Shown here piece by piece: positions 53,882 through 61,822 of a stretch of 64,000 nucleotides of DNA. Below the pieces are notes generated by a model. The model did no database searches, was not told the origin of the DNA, and saw only the letters and a program-made list of their open reading frames with translations. Origin of the DNA: Patescibacteria group bacterium. GTDB taxonomy: Bacteria > Patescibacteriota > Minisyncoccia > Minisyncoccales > Staskawiczbacteraceae. The stretch covers positions 157,537 through 221,536 of the forward strand of contig JAHJTG010000016.1 of the NCBI GenBank assembly GCA_018829965.1, read 5' to 3'. Numbering within the stretch: the first letter of the stretch is position 1; every line of letters starts with the position of its first letter. The position numbers were made by a program, and so were the translations under genes.

Positions 53882-55006
53882 TTAATTAATTATTTTTTTA
53901 ATTTCTTTTATGACCTTTTTTATATCCTTTTCCGCCAATGACGGGAAAAGCGGTAAAGTTATTTCTTTTCCATAATACTTTTCCGCTACAGGAAAATCTC
54001 CATTTTTATATCTGAATTTTTTCTGATAGAAAGGATGAAGATGTAAGGGCATATAATGAACCTGAACGCCAATTCCTTGTTTTTGCAAGGCATCAAATGT
54101 TTTTCTTTTATCAATCCATCTCAATTGAATAGGATATATATGCCAAGACGATTTAACATAATCTTTTTCAGTTGGAGTTATGATCTCTTTAATGTTTTTA
54201 AATGCTCTATTATATATTACAACAATTTCTCTTCTTCTTTTAATAAATCTATTTATCTTTTTTAATTGGCTTAATCCTAAGGCACATTGAAAATCAGTAA
54301 TTCGATAATTGTATCCGGGATTTTCTATCTCATAATACCATCCGCCTTTCTCTGGTTTTTTTACTATTCCATGATGCCTTAATGTTTTCAGCTTTTTATA
54401 AAAATCTTTATTGTCTGTTAATATCATTCCCCCCTCCCCTGTAGTAATGTGCTTTACTGGATGAAAACTTAGAATTGTCATATCCGCGAAAGAACCGACT
54501 TTCTTCCCTTTATATTTCGCTCCTAAGGCATGACAGGCATCTTCAATCACTAAAAGATTATGCTTCTTTGCTATTTTTAAAATTTCATCATAATCACAAG
54601 GATGTCCGGCAAAATCAACTGTAACTATAGCTTTAGTTTTTTTAGTTATTTTTTCTTCAATTAAATCGGGATTAATATTGAGAGTATCGCTCTTAATATC
54701 AATAAAAACTGGCTTTGCCCCTAAAACTGCGAGCATATTAGCAGTGGCAGCAAAGGTTAAGGGAGTTGTGATTATTTCATCTCCTGATTTTATCCCGGCT
54801 ACGATATAGGCTAGGTGAAGGGCGGCTGTACCCGAAGAAACAGCTACGCCATATTTTGCTCCGCAGTACCTGGCAACTGCTTTTTCAAATTCCTCAACTT
54901 TTGGCCCTTGAGTCAACAAATCGCTTTTTAAAACCTTAACGACTTCTTTAATGTCGTTATCGTCTATCGACTGGTGGCCATATGAAATTATTGGGATTTT
55001 AGCCAT
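53882..55006 (-). CDS. pseC: UDP-4-amino-4,6-dideoxy-N-acetyl-beta-L-altrosamine transaminase-like (PseC-type DegT aminotransferase)
   Basis: 374 aa. SYGHQSIDDNDIKEVVKVLKSDLLTQGPKVEEFE, SFHPVKHITTGEGG, HGIVKK, GYNYR and GIGVQVHY are all shared with PseC as I recall it. Confidence 0.85.
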   Translation of the reverse strand: MAKIPIISYGHQSIDDNDIKEVVKVLKSDLLTQGPKVEEFEKAVARYCGAKYGVAVSSGTAALHLAYIVAGIKSGDEIITTPLTFAATANMLAVLGAKPVFIDIKSDTLNINPDLIEEKITKKTKAIVTVDFAGHPCDYDEILKIAKKHNLLVIEDACHALGAKYKGKKVGSFADMTILSFHPVKHITTGEGGMILTDNKDFYKKLKTLRHHGIVKKPEKGGWYYEIENPGYNYRITDFQCALGLSQLKKINRFIKRRREIVVIYNRAFKNIKEIITPTEKDYVKSSWHIYPIQLRWIDKRKTFDALQKQGIGVQVHYMPLHLHPFYQKKFRYKNGDFPVAEKYYGKEITLPLFPSLAEKDIKKVIKEIKKIIN

Positions 55007-55929
55007 TGTGTTGTTTTATTTATTCCTTGTTCTAAATTTATTATCGGTTTCCATCCTAAAATATTCTCTGCTTTGCTTGAATCTGCGCACATATTCATTA
55101 TTTCTGCATGAGGATGATGATGTTTAATAAATTTTACTTCCACTTTGTTATCGGCTATTTTTTCTGCCAAATCTTTTATTTTTAATTCTATTCCGGAACC
55201 AGCGTTAAAAATCTCTCCGATTGCTTTATCATTAAAACAAGCTTTTACAATAAATTCAGCGCAATCTTCTATGTAGAAAAAATCTCTTCCCTGCTTCCCG
55301 TCTCCAAAAACTTCCAATGGTTCTCCTTTAAGCTTCTTATTTATAAATATACTCATTACCCCTCCTTCAGAATCGCTCCTTTGATAAGGGCCGTATATGC
55401 TGAATGGCCTTAGGATGACAACTGGCAAATTATACGTTTTGAAATAAGACATTATAATATCTTCTCCGTTGATCTTGCTTGCCGTATAAGGACACGAAGG
55501 ATTAAGAGAATGTCCTTCCGCTATTTTTTGACCTGGTTCGATCTTCTTATAGACTAAAGCAGAACTTGCAAAAACCATTTTTACATTATGCCTTCTACAT
55601 TCTTCAAGAATATTGAAAGTGCCTAAACAATTGTCGTTAAAACATTTCTCCGGATTATCAATACTTTCTTGAACGTCTATTGCTGCAGCGAAATGAATAC
55701 ATATATCAAAATTGTTTTTAAAAAGGTTTGAAACTAATTTTCTGTCTTTAATATCTCCTATCACTAATTCCTCTAATTTATCTTTGAATTCTTCGACATT
55801 TTTTTCAAAACCATTTGAAAGATTGTCTAAAATCCAAACTTTGTGCCCTTTATCAAGTAAGTTTTTTGCAGTCCAACGGCCCATAAAACCAGCTCCTCCT
55901 GTTATTAAAATTTTAGCCTTTATATCCAT
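54988..55929 (-). CDS. NAD-dependent NDP-sugar epimerase/dehydratase/reductase (extended SDR)
   Basis: ITGGAGFMGRW and YTASKINGE (YxxxK). Confidence 0.85.
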   Translation of the reverse strand: MDIKAKILITGGAGFMGRWTAKNLLDKGHKVWILDNLSNGFEKNVEEFKDKLEELVIGDIKDRKLVSNLFKNNFDICIHFAAAIDVQESIDNPEKCFNDNCLGTFNILEECRRHNVKMVFASSALVYKKIEPGQKIAEGHSLNPSCPYTASKINGEDIIMSYFKTYNLPVVILRPFSIYGPYQRSDSEGGVMSIFINKKLKGEPLEVFGDGKQGRDFFYIEDCAEFIVKACFNDKAIGEIFNAGSGIELKIKDLAEKIADNKVEVKFIKHHHPHAEIMNMCADSSKAENILGWKPIINLEQGINKTTQWLKSQ

Positions 55930-57334
55930 AATCCCACCAATTTACAGGTAAATTATATTTTTTCATTTTATCTTGAACAGCCTTAAATGCTTTCTTTTTG
56001 AATTCTTCTATCTCCGGAGCACTCACATCATAGGGCTCGCCAACGCTGGTATTACAATCATAGAGCTCCCAGTTTTTATGAAATATCTTATACCTGAACT
56101 TTTCGGGATTTCTAAATATTTCTGTGCCTGGATTCGGAGCCAGAAGATTAAACTCTGCTCTTGAATTCTCAACAATCAATTTAAACGACATCATTCCAAG
56201 AAGCTCCTTAAAGTTTTTTTTCACCGTTGGGAATGTGGCATCACAGCATTTTAAGGCAATATCCAAGGTCTGTTCAAGTGTTTGTTTTGTTTCTCCTGGA
56301 AGCCCTAAGATAAAGCCTGCATGAAAAAGCATTTCATTTCTCAAAAACATTTCGGCAATTTCCAAAATCTTAGATACGGTGATGGCCCGCTTGTTAAACT
56401 TAAGTACTTCGTCCGAACCTGACTCCATTCCAATATATAAGTTAGTGCAGCCTGCTTCTTTTAATTTTTTAAGGATATCTTCAGTAATGCCATCCGGCCT
56501 TGTCGCTGCCCGGAACTGTCCGACATTTTTGCTTTTTATCACATCTAAGACTTGCTTAGTGCGTTCCGGGTATAAGCCCATAAATTCGTCTTCGTACCTT
56601 ATTTCAAGTTTTGGATTCAATGAAAGAGCAAGCTCTAATTCTTGAGATATTTTATCAGAAGGACGACAACGGATTACTCTTCCATGTATTAGCGGCAATT
56701 CGCAGAAAGTGCAGTTATGCGGACATCCTCGCGTGCACATCAGAACAACATAAGTGTATTTACTCATATCAAGCATATCATAGGCTGGTATAGGAATCTC
56801 TTCGGGGCTCAATAACGGGCCTATCGGATTATCAACTATCTCTTCGCCATTTCTATAACTAATATTTTGTATTTGCGGAAAAGGTTTACCTTGACTAAGC
56901 TCAAATATCGAACGTTCTCCTTCTCCTCTAATGACAGCATCAATCCACGGACATTCATTCAGAGTTTCATGAGCCATAAATGTGACATGCACGCCTCCGA
57001 TAACTACTATTGCGTTCGGAGCTGCCTCTTTTGCTGCTTTAACTATCTTAGTAGCGGGAATATATGATATTGTTGTAGATGTTATCCCAATAATATCCGG
57101 CTTATGCTCTTCTATATAGTATTTTACAAATTGCTGTATTTCTTCTATTGAGCGGGAAAGGAGCGAAGGTCGTTCATATTGCATCTGTTTTGTATCTAAA
57201 ATATCTACCTTGACTCCTGCATTGCGCAAATAGGCCGCTATATACATAAGTCCCTTCGGAGGAAACTGAGTCAACCATTTTATATCCCACGGTCTTTCTG
57301 GAAACGGCGGATCAATTAGTAAAACCTTTAGCAT
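55913..57334 (-). CDS. B12-binding-domain radical SAM enzyme (class B)
   Basis: 473 aa. DIIGITSTTISY...VVIGGVHVT is followed by CTRGCPHNCTFCE (CxxxCxxC). Confidence 0.8.
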   Translation of the reverse strand: MLKVLLIDPPFPERPWDIKWLTQFPPKGLMYIAAYLRNAGVKVDILDTKQMQYERPSLLSRSIEEIQQFVKYYIEEHKPDIIGITSTTISYIPATKIVKAAKEAAPNAIVVIGGVHVTFMAHETLNECPWIDAVIRGEGERSIFELSQGKPFPQIQNISYRNGEEIVDNPIGPLLSPEEIPIPAYDMLDMSKYTYVVLMCTRGCPHNCTFCELPLIHGRVIRCRPSDKISQELELALSLNPKLEIRYEDEFMGLYPERTKQVLDVIKSKNVGQFRAATRPDGITEDILKKLKEAGCTNLYIGMESGSDEVLKFNKRAITVSKILEIAEMFLRNEMLFHAGFILGLPGETKQTLEQTLDIALKCCDATFPTVKKNFKELLGMMSFKLIVENSRAEFNLLAPNPGTEIFRNPEKFRYKIFHKNWELYDCNTSVGEPYDVSAPEIEEFKKKAFKAVQDKMKKYNLPVNWWDYGYKG

Positions 57335-58335
57335 AGGTCTATTTCTGTTTCCAATAATTTATTTATTTCTTCCTGCGATATATGCTGACCCATGTTTGAA
57401 GCAATAACCGGATTTTCAATCAATTTCGTATCCTGATATTTATTTCTGACGTTTGAATAATCAACCATCGGGAAAATAACATATAGATTATCCATTTCTA
57501 TCGCCCGAGAAAGTTCTTCGTCTGACATTATATGCTCATGCATTTTTTCACCTTCTCCCTTTCCCGCAATAATCGTTTTTATTTCTTTCCCATTGGAATA
57601 TCTGTTTATCATTGCCTGGGCTAAATCAACAACTTTTAATGTTTTCATTTTCCAAACAAAAGATTCTCCTCCTTTTACAAATTTGATGGCCTTACAAATT
57701 AAATCTACCGCTTCATCCATTGTGATGACAAAACGAGTCATTTCCTTATCGGTAACTATAATCGACCCGCCTTCTTTAATCTGTTTTTTAAAAAGCGGAA
57801 TAACAGAACCGTTAGACCCTATTACATTTCCAAAACGCACAGAAGCAAACAAGGTTCTTTTATTTCCCTTGTAAAATTCTGCTAAAGAAACTAATTTCTC
57901 GCCCATAAGCTTTGTTATGCCCATTACACTTAATGGACGAGCGGCTTTATCCGTACTTGAAAAAATCACTTTTTCAACATTTTCGTTTCTAGCGCAGTCT
58001 ATAACATTCTGTAAACCTTCTATATTTGTTTTAATCGCTTCAAACGGATTATATTCGCAGGCATAAACATGCTTCATTGCCGCCAAATGGATGACTATAT
58101 CAATTCCTTCCATTGCCGTCTTTAACCTATTCAAATCCTTTACGTCTCCGATTAAATAACGCAATCGTTTTTCATTAATAAACGCGCTTCTGATTTTAGA
58201 TATTTCGTTTTCCGACAAATCAAAAATACGAATAACATTTACATCATACTTCAACAGCTTTTTTATTAAAGCATTTCCCACTGAACCTGCTCCGCCGGTT
58301 ATTAATATTTTCTTATTTTTTAATTCTTGTTCCAT
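57328..58335 (-). CDS. Soluble UDP-GlcNAc 4,6-dehydratase of the PseB/FlaA1/CapE/FnlA family (MxxxK variant)
   Basis: 335 aa. ILITGGAGSVGNAL, HLAAMKHVYACEYNPFEAIKTNIEG, STDKAA, MGITK (Met where PseB has Tyr) and VRFGNVIGSNGSVIPLF. Confidence 0.85.
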   Translation of the reverse strand: MEQELKNKKILITGGAGSVGNALIKKLLKYDVNVIRIFDLSENEISKIRSAFINEKRLRYLIGDVKDLNRLKTAMEGIDIVIHLAAMKHVYACEYNPFEAIKTNIEGLQNVIDCARNENVEKVIFSSTDKAARPLSVMGITKLMGEKLVSLAEFYKGNKRTLFASVRFGNVIGSNGSVIPLFKKQIKEGGSIIVTDKEMTRFVITMDEAVDLICKAIKFVKGGESFVWKMKTLKVVDLAQAMINRYSNGKEIKTIIAGKGEGEKMHEHIMSDEELSRAIEMDNLYVIFPMVDYSNVRNKYQDTKLIENPVIASNMGQHISQEEINKLLETEIDLC

Positions 58336-58351
58336 TTTTTAAAAAACAAAG

Positions 58352-58600
58352 CTACCATTTTTTGATAGCTTCTTTAGTTTTATTTCTTACTTTTTTATAA
58401 ACATTAAGGACTCTTGTTTCAAAGGTAGGAGAAATCAGATTCAGAATTTCATCGCCCCAAATCCTATATTGACCGCTTACTTTATAAGCTTTAATAATGC
58501 CGTTCCTTATCATTCTTTTCATCGTGCTCTCGCTGACTTTTAGAAAATCACGAGCTTCCTTTGGCGTATATATTTTTTCTGGTTTGATTTCTTCTGGCAT
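58352..58600 (-). CDS. Small helix-turn-helix DNA-binding protein (excisionase/MerR-type HTH_17-like)
   Basis: 82 aa. YTPKEARDFLKVSESTMKRMIRNGIIKAYKVSGQYRIWGDEI. Lies 16 nt upstream of the dehydratase gene. Confidence 0.7.
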   Translation of the reverse strand: MPEEIKPEKIYTPKEARDFLKVSESTMKRMIRNGIIKAYKVSGQYRIWGDEILNLISPTFETRVLNVYKKVRNKTKEAIKKW

Positions 58601-58641
58601 ACAATAACATTAAACCCCTCTCGACGTAGTGTCAAGAGGGG
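58601..58641 (-). terminator. Putative intrinsic terminator after 58666-59232
   Basis: In gene sense, the CCCCTCT/AGAGGGG stem (58635-58641 pairs with 58615-58621) has a 13-nt loop that contains GAC/GTC pairing. It is followed by TTTAATGTTATTGT running into the HTH start codon. Confidence 0.5.
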
Positions 58642-58665
58642 TCAAAAGGTATCAATTGCCTATTA

Positions 58666-59232
58666 CTAGATTCTATTGAATGCGATGTTTTTTTCCCTTA
58701 TTTTAAATCTCTTTTTAATCCAGACTCCTATTAATTCATAGCTCCCGAAAAAGACGGTCGCGTAAAATAAATTTCCCAATAATGTATTTCTGAAAAATGG
58801 CAGAGCCATAAAATAACACTGGATTATTCCAGAAATAGTTTTGGCATACCAAGGGGAAAAAGCCCAAACTGCAAAATTAGTGATAAGGAAAAATAGAACA
58901 GCGGATAAAATCGCGCTCCCCCCTACTGTATACCACTTCTTATGTCCCTTTAACCAGAAACCAAGAATAACGTATAAAAGAAAGCTACCATAAACTGCAA
59001 TCATTAATTTCGGGTCATAATAGCCGATAAATAGATCGCTGATTGCCATTACTGCTAACGGCAGAAATAATGCTATCTTTCTTGAGAAATAGACTCCTCC
59101 AAATAAAGCAATGACGGCTATGGGGGTGAAATTAGGAGCATGGGGAATAAGCCTCAAGCTGACTCCGATTATAATAAAAACTAAAGCAATAGTGAAATTT
59201 AATGTTTTCCCTTTTTCAGTTAATTTTGACAT
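58666..59232 (-). CDS. Polytopic membrane protein (ECF S-component-like/DUF6580-like putative vitamin transporter)
   Basis: 188 aa with 5-6 hydrophobic helices. The RLIPHAPNFTPIAVIALFGG motif is one I associate with a putative-transporter family. The assignment is tentative. Confidence 0.5.
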   Translation of the reverse strand: MSKLTEKGKTLNFTIALVFIIIGVSLRLIPHAPNFTPIAVIALFGGVYFSRKIALFLPLAVMAISDLFIGYYDPKLMIAVYGSFLLYVILGFWLKGHKKWYTVGGSAILSAVLFFLITNFAVWAFSPWYAKTISGIIQCYFMALPFFRNTLLGNLFYATVFFGSYELIGVWIKKRFKIREKNIAFNRI

Positions 59233-59261
59233 ATTACTATAATATATAAAATTATTAATAA

Positions 59262-60404
59262 TTAAAAGGTTGATTTTTCAAATTTAAACTCTACTTTGTC
59301 CCCAGATTTTATAATCATTTTATCCGCGGAAATCATAGGCATTTCTCCATTAATGTAATATAGCCAATATTTTCCATCCTGTCCATTTTCTTTATCCCCA
59401 ATTGCTTCAATAAATATTCCAATATCATAATTCTTTGTTTTAAGCGCTAAGTATAATTTTTTAGCCTCCTCCTCTAATAAATCAAAAGCGGTCATTCCTT
59501 CTTTAAATTCGGCAACAGAGGTCTTTGGATTCTCTTCCCCATAATCAATTACCAATACTGCTTCTTTCCCTACTGTTTCCAGGGCAACATTATTTTCTTT
59601 AACGTTAGCCTGCCAAAAATCACTAGAAAGTATCAACCAACTGCCAATAATAACAATTATTACCGCTCCAATTATGATGTAAATAAATTTCTTATTAACA
59701 AAATTTCTATTAATAATTTTTTTCTTAATAAAATATAAAATCGCTAATAATAAGATTATCAAAATTACCAATATGACTGTTAACCATATATCGTTCAAGA
59801 TATTCATCATTCCTGTCAATAAACCAGCTTGGGCTATAATCTCATAATTAATTTGATTGGACGTAGATTCTTCTTGCTCCTCTTGTTGTAAAATTGTTTC
59901 TTGCTCTTGCTGTTCAACATCCTGTTGAATATCTTTAGGTACAATTATATTAACAGCAGTTATGTTATATGCACCACCTTCTACATTAAAAGGAATATCT
60001 GTGCCCGCCCCTATAACATTAACATCTGTTAAAAATAATTTTCCTTGACCGGCTTGAACTCCTTCAGCAGACACCGAAAGAATATTTTGAACAGCAACTA
60101 CGCACTTTGGAATCCCTAAAACAAAACTGGGGCTAGCGCAAGTTGGAGTAATCATGGCCATAACACCACTATCTGTAATAATATTTTGGCAAGATAAATT
60201 ATCAAAGTTTAAAGTACCTTTTACAACACAAATATCGTTATTTACCGAATCTATTTGGATAGAAATGCTAAAAACGCTACCAGCTGTGCTATTAAGCGAT
60301 GCTGGTAAAACAGACAATGTTGAGCTATCTGCATAAACCATTTGGCTCATTCCAAATATTACTACGATAGTTAATAATACTAATAAAGTTATTTTTTTCA
60401 TCAT
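59262..60404 (-). CDS. Surface protein: signal peptide, cohesin-like beta-sandwich, Q/E-rich linker, two TM helices, C-terminal DUF4430 (transcobalamin-like beta domain)
   Basis: 380 aa. MMKKITLLVLLTIVVIFGMSQMVYA; LSVLPASLNSTAGSVFSISIQIDSVNNDICVVKGTLNFDNL (cohesin-like); QQDVEQQEQETILQQEEQEE. C-terminal AFDLLEE...IGIFIEAIGDKENGQDGKYWLYYINGEMPMISADKMIIKSGDKVEFKF is DUF4430-like. Confidence 0.6.
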   Translation of the reverse strand: MMKKITLLVLLTIVVIFGMSQMVYADSSTLSVLPASLNSTAGSVFSISIQIDSVNNDICVVKGTLNFDNLSCQNIITDSGVMAMITPTCASPSFVLGIPKCVVAVQNILSVSAEGVQAGQGKLFLTDVNVIGAGTDIPFNVEGGAYNITAVNIIVPKDIQQDVEQQEQETILQQEEQEESTSNQINYEIIAQAGLLTGMMNILNDIWLTVILVILIILLLAILYFIKKKIINRNFVNKKFIYIIIGAVIIVIIGSWLILSSDFWQANVKENNVALETVGKEAVLVIDYGEENPKTSVAEFKEGMTAFDLLEEEAKKLYLALKTKNYDIGIFIEAIGDKENGQDGKYWLYYINGEMPMISADKMIIKSGDKVEFKFEKSTF

Positions 60405-60405
60405 A

Positions 60406-60438
60406 ATTTTATTTACATTTTATTTACATTTTATTTAC
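60406..60438. repeat. Perfect 11-bp x3 tandem repeat filling the intergenic gap
   Basis: attttatttac at 60406-60416, 60417-60427 and 60428-60438. The third copy contains the stop codon (60435-60437) of the upstream gene. The first copy ends 1 nt from the ATG at 60404. Confidence 0.85.
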
Positions 60439-61739
60439 TTATCCCAATTAAACATCAAAAGGGCAAAATCGTATTCGTTAATTGCGCCGTCGTGATTTAA
60501 ATCAGCCAAACCTAAACCAGGTTGGCCCCAATCTTCTCTTAATACGGCGAAATCATATTCGTTAATAATATTATCGCTATTTATATCGCCGCTTTTTTTA
60601 GCTGACTGCGGAGGATCAACAGCAAAACTAACTGAAATGGTGTGGTCAGCATCAATATTATTAAAAGTATAACTAGTTACTGTGCCGACCGAAACGCCAT
60701 CTACTAAAACATCCTCAACGTGGTAACCGGTGTCCGGACTAATAGTGAAAGCTTCGTCTGAAGTAGCGCCAACCCTCACCATTCCCGAAAAGAAAATTAA
60801 GCCATGCTCACTAGCAGACGCATTAATAACATACATTCTTACTCCGCCACCACTGCTATCTATTGAGACAGAATATTTGCCTACTGGATAAAACTTTTGA
60901 GACAAAGCAATCACCGCGTAAGCAGTCGAACTTGGAAAAGGCCAATACTTTTCAAAAGAACCGTCGGATATTTGTAAGGACTTCAAATTATCAATAGGAT
61001 TTTTACCATTTTTTGACCAATCAGAGGGATTTTGACCTAATTTATAAATAGCCGAAATAACCCAAGCATCGGAAGAAGCATTTGAATCAGTCCCCCAAGG
61101 ACTTACAGGGTCATAAGGAAACCCGCCATCAGAGTTTTGGCATGATTTTAAATAATCAACAGCTTTTATAATTACTGGGTCGCTTGATGAAGTTCCAGAT
61201 TCCAATAAAGCCATAATAGCTGCTGCTGTATCGTCAACATCACTACCCCACCCAATACCAAAAGGAAATCCGCCATCAGGATTTTGGTTTGTCAAAATAA
61301 AATTTTTAGAATCCTGAATAATTTGACTGCTTGAATCTTCACCGGCTGAAACCAAAGCTAAAATTCCCCAAAAATCATCGTTTAAATAATTCGTAGAACC
61401 AATCTGATTATTTTGATAAAAACTCTCCAACTGGCTAACAAAATCAATATCGCCAAAAGTTCTTGGATTCTCGCCGGCAGCAGTAATAGCTAAAATTATT
61501 TTTTCGTAATCAGTGGCTGAGCTACCACTAAGAGTTTTTAGATAATTTAGGTCCGTATCTGTTTTTCCACCCGCGATTAAACCCATAGTTATCCAAGGGT
61601 CGGAAGATTGAAGCTCAAGATAATTAATAGCTTTATCAATTTCTGATTGATTTTCTGCTTGAACTTCAGAAAAAGCGGTGAATCCGATTAAACCGACTGA
61701 AATTGCGACTAAAGAAACGACTAAAATTATTTTTTTCAT
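60435..61739 (-). CDS. Secreted alpha/alpha-toroid (prenyltransferase/squalene-oxidase repeat) protein with beta-repeat domain and C-terminal dockerin-like repeats
   Basis: QNPDGGFPFG, QNSDGGFPYD and QISDGSFEKY (QW-type repeats). C-terminal GDINSDNIINEYDFAVL...ADLNHDGAINEYDFALL (two dockerin-like Ca-binding repeats). Start set at MKKIILVVSLVAISVG (61739); the 13 extra codons in the track (to 61778) lie inside leader copy D. Confidence 0.7.
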   Translation of the reverse strand: MKKIILVVSLVAISVGLIGFTAFSEVQAENQSEIDKAINYLELQSSDPWITMGLIAGGKTDTDLNYLKTLSGSSATDYEKIILAITAAGENPRTFGDIDFVSQLESFYQNNQIGSTNYLNDDFWGILALVSAGEDSSSQIIQDSKNFILTNQNPDGGFPFGIGWGSDVDDTAAAIMALLESGTSSSDPVIIKAVDYLKSCQNSDGGFPYDPVSPWGTDSNASSDAWVISAIYKLGQNPSDWSKNGKNPIDNLKSLQISDGSFEKYWPFPSSTAYAVIALSQKFYPVGKYSVSIDSSGGGVRMYVINASASEHGLIFFSGMVRVGATSDEAFTISPDTGYHVEDVLVDGVSVGTVTSYTFNNIDADHTISVSFAVDPPQSAKKSGDINSDNIINEYDFAVLREDWGQPGLGLADLNHDGAINEYDFALLMFNWDK

Positions 61740-61821
61740 AATTACGAATGAGGGAAGAAAATGATAATTTATTATCATTTTCCGACCGAATAAAGTGATT
61801 ATATAGGTTCGTAACCTCTAT
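61740..61821 (-). promoter_or_regulatory. Conserved leader element, copy D (abuts ATG at 61739)
   Basis: Gene-sense sequence: ATAGAGGTTACGAACCTATATAATCACTTTATTCGGTCGGAAAATGATAATAAATTATCATTTTCTTCCCTCATTCGTAATT, then ATG. Hairpin 1 pairs 61805-61809 with 61813-61817. Hairpin 2 pairs 61757-61767 with 61772-61782. TATATAAT lies at 61798-61805. Confidence 0.75.
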
Positions 61822-61822
61822 T

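Noticed and set aside
58352-58600. Mobile-element or prophage boundary, suggested by an excisionase-type HTH protein near a tRNA-like fragment
   Set aside because: There is no integrase, transposase, recombinase, inverted repeat or direct-repeat pair in the window. Small HTH_17-type proteins are common stand-alone regulators.
58601-59261. Cobalamin riboswitch upstream of the putative corrinoid-uptake genes or the B12-dependent radical SAM genes
   Set aside because: The available leaders (65, 29, 30, 70 and 120 nt) are too short for the ~200-nt cobalamin riboswitch. I could not find the conserved B12-box-like core by eye. A proper Rfam scan is still advisable.
61740-61778. N-terminal extension MIINYHFLPSFVI of track ORF 60435-61778
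   Set aside because: These codons are leader copy D read in frame. The signal peptide begins at the internal Met (61739), in the same register as the other three leader-ATG junctions.
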